This document shows positions 57,653 to 64,000 of a DNA stretch of 64,000 bases, in pieces. The DNA lies in assembly GCF_009914755.1 (NCBI RefSeq), contig NC_060948.1; one strand, 5' to 3'. The notes under the pieces were generated by a model. That model was not told the origin of the DNA. It saw only the letters and a list, made by a program, of their open reading frames with translations, and searched no databases. Each line of letters starts with the position of its first letter. The stretch's first letter is position 1. Position numbers and translations under genes: made by a program. The DNA is from the human T2T-CHM13v2.0 reference genome, Homo sapiens.

Positions 57653-60600
57653 GGCCTGGAATAAAGTGGAATGCTACGGTCTCGAATGGAATAAAAATGT
57701 ATGGAATGGAATGCAATGAAATGGAATCGAATGTCATAGAATGTAATGGAATGCAAAAAAATGGAATCCAAAATCATTGACTGGAAAGGCTGGGTGTCGA
57801 AAGGAATTGACTCCAATGGAATGGAATCGAATGGAATGGAAGTGAATAGAATCGAACTAAATCGAATGGAATGGAATTGATAGGAACGGAATGGAAAGGA
57901 ATGCAATGATTTGGCATGGAATGGAATCGAATGGCATCGAATGGAATGGAATGGAATGCAATGGAATGGAATGTATTAGAATGTAATGAACTTTAATGGA
58001 ATGTACTCGAATGGATTCGACTGGAATGGAATGTTCTGGAAGTGAATGGACTCCAATGGAATGGATTCCAAAGGAATGGAATCGTACGGAATGGAATCTA
58101 ATGGAATGGAATTAAATGGAAATGAATCAAATTGAATAGCACGGAATTGAATTGAATGGAATGGAATGCAATGGAATCTAATGAAACGGAAAGGAAAGGA
58201 ATGGAATGGAATGGAATGGGCTGGAATGGAAAGGAATCGAAACGAATGGAATGGAATCGAACTGAAGAGACTGGAATGGAATGCACTGGAATGGAAGGGA
58301 GTGTAACGGAAGGTTCTCGAAAAAAATGGAATCGAATGGAATGGAATTGAATGGAACGGAATAGAGTCGAATGGAATTGAATGGAATGGAATGGACTAGA
58401 GTGAAATGGAATCGAACCACAAGGAATGGACAGGAATAGAATGGTCTCGAATTGAATGGAATCGTATGGAATGGCATCAAACGGAATGGAATGGACAGCC
58501 ACGGAATGGAATGCACTCGAATGCAATGGAGTCGAAACTAATGGACTGGAATAGAATGGACTCGACTGGTACGGACTCCAATGGAATGGAATCGAATGGA
58601 AGGGAATCGAACGGAATGGACTCGAAGGGAAAAGACTGCAATGGAAAGGTCTCGAATGGAATGGAAATTAATGGAATCGAATGGAATCGAATGAAATGGA
58701 GTCAAAAGGAATGGAATCGAATGGCAAGAAATCGAATGTAATGGAATCGTAAGGAATTGATGTGAACGGAACGGAATGGAATGGAATCCAAAGGAATGGA
58801 ATAGAATGGAATGGAATCGAATGGAAAGGACTCGAATGGCAATCACTCGAATAGAATGCAATTTAATAAAATAGGATCAAATGTAATGGAATGGAATGGA
58901 AAGGAATCGAAACGAAAGGAATGGAGACAGATGGAATGGAATGGAACAGAGAGCAATGGTATAGAATGGAATGGAATCATCTGGAATGGAATTGAATGGA
59001 ATGGAATAATATGAAATGGAATGGAATGGAATGGAATGGAATGCCCTTGAATTAAATGGACTGGAATGGAATGGACTCGAACAGAGTGGAATGGAAAGTG
59101 TTGAGATAGAATGGAATGGACTCCTTTGGAATGGTCTAGTATGCAATGCAATCGACTGGCAGGGAATCAAAAGGAATGTAATCGAATGGATTGGACTGGA
59201 ATGCAATGGACTCGAATAGATTGGAAACGGGATGCAAAGGAATGGAATGGAATAGTATGGAATGGAATGGAAAGGAATGGAGTGGAATAGACTAGAGTGG
59301 AATGGAATGGACTGGAAAGCAATGGACTGGAATGGAACTTTCTTGAATGGACTGGAATCAAACGGAATGGAATGCAATGCAATCAAATGGCATGGAATAA
59401 AATAGAATGAAAGAGAATCAAATGGAATTGAATCGAATGGAATCGAATGGATTGGAAAGGAATAGAATGGAATGGAATGGAATGGACTCAAATGGAATGG
59501 ACTAGAATGGAATGGATTCGAATGGAAGGCAAAGGAATGGAATCTATTGGAATGGACTGTAATGGAATGGAATGGAAGGGATTGGAATGGACTCGAATGG
59601 AATGGACTGCAATAGAAAGGATTCGAATGGAATGAAAAAGAATTGAATGGAATAGAACAGAATGGAATCAAATCGAATGAAATGGAATGGAATAGAAAGG
59701 AATGGAATGAAATGGAATGGAAAGGATTCGAATGGAATGCAATCGAATGGAATGGAATCGAACGGAATGGAATAAAATGGAAGAAAACTGGCAAGAAATG
59801 GAATCGAAATGAATGGAGTGTTATGGAACGGACTCAAAAGGAATTGAATGTAATAGAATGGAGTGGAGTGGACTCGAATATAATGGACTGGAATGGAATG
59901 AAATCACATGGAATGGGAACGAATGGAATGGAATGGAAAGGAATGGAATCGAATGGAAAGGAATCGAATGGAAGGGAATGAAATTGAATCAACAGGAATG
60001 GAAGGGAATAGAATAGACGGTAATGGAATGGACTCGAATAGAATGGACACGAATGCTCAAATTGAATGGACTCGAATGGAATGGAAACGAAAGGAATGTC
60101 ATCGAATGGAATTGAATCGATTGCAATGAAATCGCATAGAATGGAGTGGAATCAAATGGAATTGAATCGAAAGGAAAGGAAGCGAATGGACTGAAATGAA
60201 ATGGAATGGAATTGAATGGAAAGTAATGCAATGGAATAGAATGGAACGAAATTTCACGGAATGGAATCAAACTGAATGGAATCAAATCAATGGAATCTAA
60301 TCAAATGGAATGGAAAGGAATTGAATGGAGTAGATTGGATTGGATGGGATTGGAATGAAATGTACTGGAAAGGACTCGAATTTCATGAAACGGAATGGAA
60401 TGAATTGGAACGGAATGGACTCGAATGGAATGGAATGTCATGGAATGGCATCAAATGGAATGGCATCAAATGGAATGGAATCGAATGCAATGGAATGCTA
60501 TGGAATGGAATGGAATGCATTGGAATGGAATGTCCTCTAATGGAATGGATTCGAGTGGAATGGAATCGAATATAATGGAGTCGAATGAAATGGAATTGAA

Positions 60601-61231
60601 AGGAATGGGATCGAATACAATGGAATATACTGGAATGTAATGTAATGAACTCGAATGTAATTGACTGGAATGGAATGTACATGAATGGAAGGTAATCGAA
60701 TGGAAAGTAATCCAATGGAATAGAATCTAATGCAATAAAACCGACTCAGATAGAGTAGAATGTAATGGAATGGAGTGCAGTGCAATGGAATGGAATGGAA
60801 TTGAATGCAATGGAATGGAATGGAATGGAATGGAATGGAATGGAATGGAATGGAATGGAATGGAATGGGATGGAATGGTATGGAATGGATAGTAATGGAC
60901 TGGAGTGAAATGGACTGGAAAGGAATGGACTCAAATTGAAAGGGCTCGAAAGGAATGGAGTCAAATGGAATGGTCTGGAATGGAATGAACACGAATGTAA
61001 TGCAATCCAATAGAATGGAATCGAATGGCATGGAATATAAAGAAATGGAATCGGAGGGAATGGAAACAAATGGAATGGAATTGAATGGAATGGAATTGAA
61101 TGGAATGGGAACGAATGGAGTGAAATTGTATGCAGTAGAAGGGAATAGAATGGAATGCAAGCGAAAGGAAAGGAATGGATTGGAATGGAATGGAATTCAT
61201 TGGAATGGAAGGGAATGTAGTGTAATGGACA
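57653..61231 (+). repeat. DYZ1 unit U17, 3579 bp (longest)
   Basis: GGCC at 57653 and 61232. Contains a pure (GGAAT)11 run at 60812-60866. Confidence 0.92.
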
Positions 61232-64000
61232 GGCCTGGAATAAAGTGGAATGCTACGGTCTCGAATGGAATAAAAATGTATGGAATGGAATGCAATGAAA
61301 TGGAATCGAATGTCATAGAATGTAATGGAATGCAAAAAAATGGAATCCAAAATCATTGACTGGAAAGGCTGGGTGTCGAAAGGAATTGACTCCAATGGAA
61401 TGGAATCGAATGGAATGGAAGTGAATAGAATCGAACTAAATCGAATGGAATGGAATTGATAGGAACGGAATGGAAAGGAATGCAATGATTTGGCATGGAA
61501 TGGAATCGAATGGCATCGAATGGAATGGAATGGAATGCAATGGAATGGAATGTATTAGAATGTAATGAACTTTAATGGAATGTACTCGAATGGATTCGAC
61601 TGGAATGGAATGTTCTGGAAGTGAATGGACTCCAATGGAATGGATTCAAAAGGAATGGAATCGTACGGAATGGAATCTAATGGAATGGAATTAAATGGAA
61701 ATGAATCAAATTGAATAGCACGGAATTGAATTGAATGGAATGGAATGCAATGGAATCTAATGAAACGGAAAGGAAAGGAATGGAATGGAATGGAATGGGC
61801 TGGAATGGAAAGGAATCGAAACGAATGGAATGGAATCGAACTGAAGAGACTGGAATGGAATGCACTGGAATGGAAGGGAGTGTAATGGAAGGTTCTCGAA
61901 AAAAATGGAATCGAATGGAATGGAATTGAATGGAACGGAATAGAGTCGAATGGAATTGAATGGAATGGAATGGACTAGAGTGAAATGGAATCGAACCACA
62001 AGGAATGGACAGGAATAGAATGGTCTCGAATTGAATGGAATCGTATGGAATGGCATCAAACGGAATGGAATGGACAGCCACGGAATGGAATGCACTCGAA
62101 TGCAATGGAGTCGAAACTAATGGACTGGAATAGAATGGACTCGACTGGTACGGACTCCAATGGAATGGAATCGAATGGAAGGGAATCGAACGGAATGGAC
62201 TCGAAGGGAAAAGACTGCAATGGAAAGGTCTCGAATGGAATGGAAATTAATGGAATGGAATGGAATCGAATGAAATGGAGTCAAAAGGAATGGAATCGAA
62301 TGGCAAGAAATCGAATGTAATGGAATCGCAAGGAATTGATGTGAACGGAACGGAATGGAATGGAATCCAAAGGAATGGAATAGAATGGAATGGAATCGAA
62401 TGGAAAGGACTCGAATGGAAATCACTCGAATAGAATGCAATTTAATAAAATAGGATCAAATGTAATGGAATGGAATGGAAAGGAATCGAAACGAAAGGAA
62501 TGGAGACAGATGGAATGGAATGGAACAGAGAGCAATGGTATAGAATGGAATGGAATCATCTGGAATGGAATTGAATGGAATGGAATAATATGAAATGGAA
62601 TGGAATGGAATGGAATGGAATGCCCTTGAATTAAATGGACTGGAATGGAATGGACTCGAACAGAGTGGAATGGAAAGTGTTGAGATAGAATGGAATGGAC
62701 TCCTTTGGAATGGTGTAGTATGCAATGCAATCGACTGGCAGGGAATCAAAAGGAATGTAATGGAATGGATTGGAGTGGAATGCAATGGACAGGAATAGAT
62801 TGGAAACGGAATGCAAAGGAATGGAATGGAATAGTATGGAATGGAATGGAAAGGAATGGAGTGGAATAGACTAGAGTGGAATGCAATGGACTGGAAAGCA
62901 ATGGACTGGAATGGAACTTTCTTGAATGGACTGGAATCAAACGGAATGGAATGCAATGCAATCAAATGGCATGGAATAAAATAGAATGAAAGAGAATCAA
63001 ATGGAATTGAATGGAATGGAATCGAATGGATTGGAAAGGAATAGAATGGAATGGAATGGAATGGACTCAAATGGAATGGACTAGAATGGAATGGATTCGA
63101 ATGGAAGGCAAAGGAATGGAATCTATTGGAATGGACTGTAATGGAATGGAATGGAAGGGATTGGAATGGACTCGAATGGAATGGACTGCAATAGAAAGGA
63201 TTCGAATGGAATGAAATAGAATTGAATGGAATAGAACAGAATGGAATCAAATCGAATGAAATGGAATGGAATAGAAAGGAATGGAATGAAATGGAATGGA
63301 AAGGATTCGAATGGAATGCAATCGAATGGAATGGAATCGAACGGAATGGAATAAAATGGAAGAAAACTGGCAAGAAATGGAATCGAAATGAATGGAGTGT
63401 TATGGAACGGACTCAAAAGGAATTGAATGTAATAGAATGGAGTGGAGTGGACTCGAATATAATGGACTGGAATGGAATGAAATCACATGGAATGGGAACG
63501 AATGGAATGGAATGGAAAGGAATGGAATCGAATGGAAAGGAATCGAATGGAAGGGAATGAAATTGAATCAACAGGAATGGAAGGGAATAGAATAGACGGT
63601 AATGGAATGGACTCGAATAGAATGGACACGAATGCTCAAATTGAATGGACTCGAATGGAATGGAAACGAAAGGAATGTCATCGAATGGAATTGAATCGAT
63701 CGGAATGAAATCGCATAGAATGGAGTGGAATCAAATGGAATTGAATCGAAAGGAAAGGAAGCGAATGGACTGAAATGAAATGGAATGGAATTGAATGGAA
63801 AGTAATGCAATGGAATAGAATGGAACGAAATTTCACGGAATGGAATCAAACTGAATGGAATCAAATCAATGGAATCTAATCAAATGGAATGGAAAGGAAT
63901 TGAATGGAGTAGATTGGATTGGATGGGATTGGAATGAAATGTACTGGAAAGGACTCGAATTTCATGAAACGGAATGGAATGAATTGGAACGGAATGGACT
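61232..64000 (+). repeat. DYZ1 unit U18 (partial, runs off the window)
   Basis: GGCC at 61232; collinear with the other units to the window end. Confidence 0.9.

Larger units (their letters stand above)
1..64000 (+). repeat. DYZ1: Human Satellite III (HSat3) array, DYZ1 family (Yq12 heterochromatin), GGAAT-rich strand on +
   Basis: Diverged (GGAAT)n pentamers throughout. ~3.56 kb tandem unit marked by recurring landmarks (GGACAGGCCTGGAATAAAGTGG; GGCTGGGTGTCG; GGACAGCCACGG). One conserved EcoRI and one conserved HaeIII site per unit. Three units are exactly 3564 bp, the length established for DYZ1. Species and chromosome assignment is from recalled knowledge, not a database search. Confidence 0.96.

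Noticed and set aside
20-63864. Several hundred ORFs (MEWNG-type on +, FHSIP-type on -), up to 319 aa (e.g. 26872-27831, 23314-24231)
   Set aside because: They are direct translations of (GGAAT)n/(ATTCC)n, which has no stop codon and supplies ATG every 5 bp on +. They overlap in multiple frames, repeat per unit, show no recognisable domain, and open or close with random indels.
1-64000. CRISPR-like or prokaryotic repeat-spacer system
   Set aside because: No unique spacers and no cas or other genes; the sequence is a eukaryotic tandem satellite.
1-64000. DYZ2 (AT-rich/Alu-containing) block, L1/Alu insertion or array inversion
   Set aside because: None seen. All units are collinear, in one orientation and spaced 3524-3579 bp apart, leaving no room for an insert.

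Overview
The whole 64 kb window is one uninterrupted, single-orientation array of human Satellite III (HSat3) DNA built from diverged GGAAT/ATTCC pentamers. It is organised in a ~3.56 kb head-to-tail unit with one conserved EcoRI site and one conserved HaeIII/StuI site. Unit length (3524-3579 bp, 3564 bp in three copies), restriction pattern and the recalled Y-specific PCR primer sites identify it as DYZ1, the Yq12 heterochromatin repeat. There are 17 complete units plus two partial ones. I see no genes, RNA genes, transposons, DYZ2/Alu interruption or inversion. All ORFs in the track are translation artefacts of the pentamer. I found no new protein-coding system. The notable structure is non-coding: (i) three perfect heat-shock elements (nGAAnnTTCnnGAAn) per unit, intact in all 18 copies; (ii) nascent higher-order repeats, a 7103-bp two-unit duplication and a ~14.23-kb four-unit duplication; (iii) a hypervariable (GGAAT)n tract in each unit; (iv) mosaic units that share rare variants with distant copies; (v) only four fixed breaks in the 5-bp register per unit.
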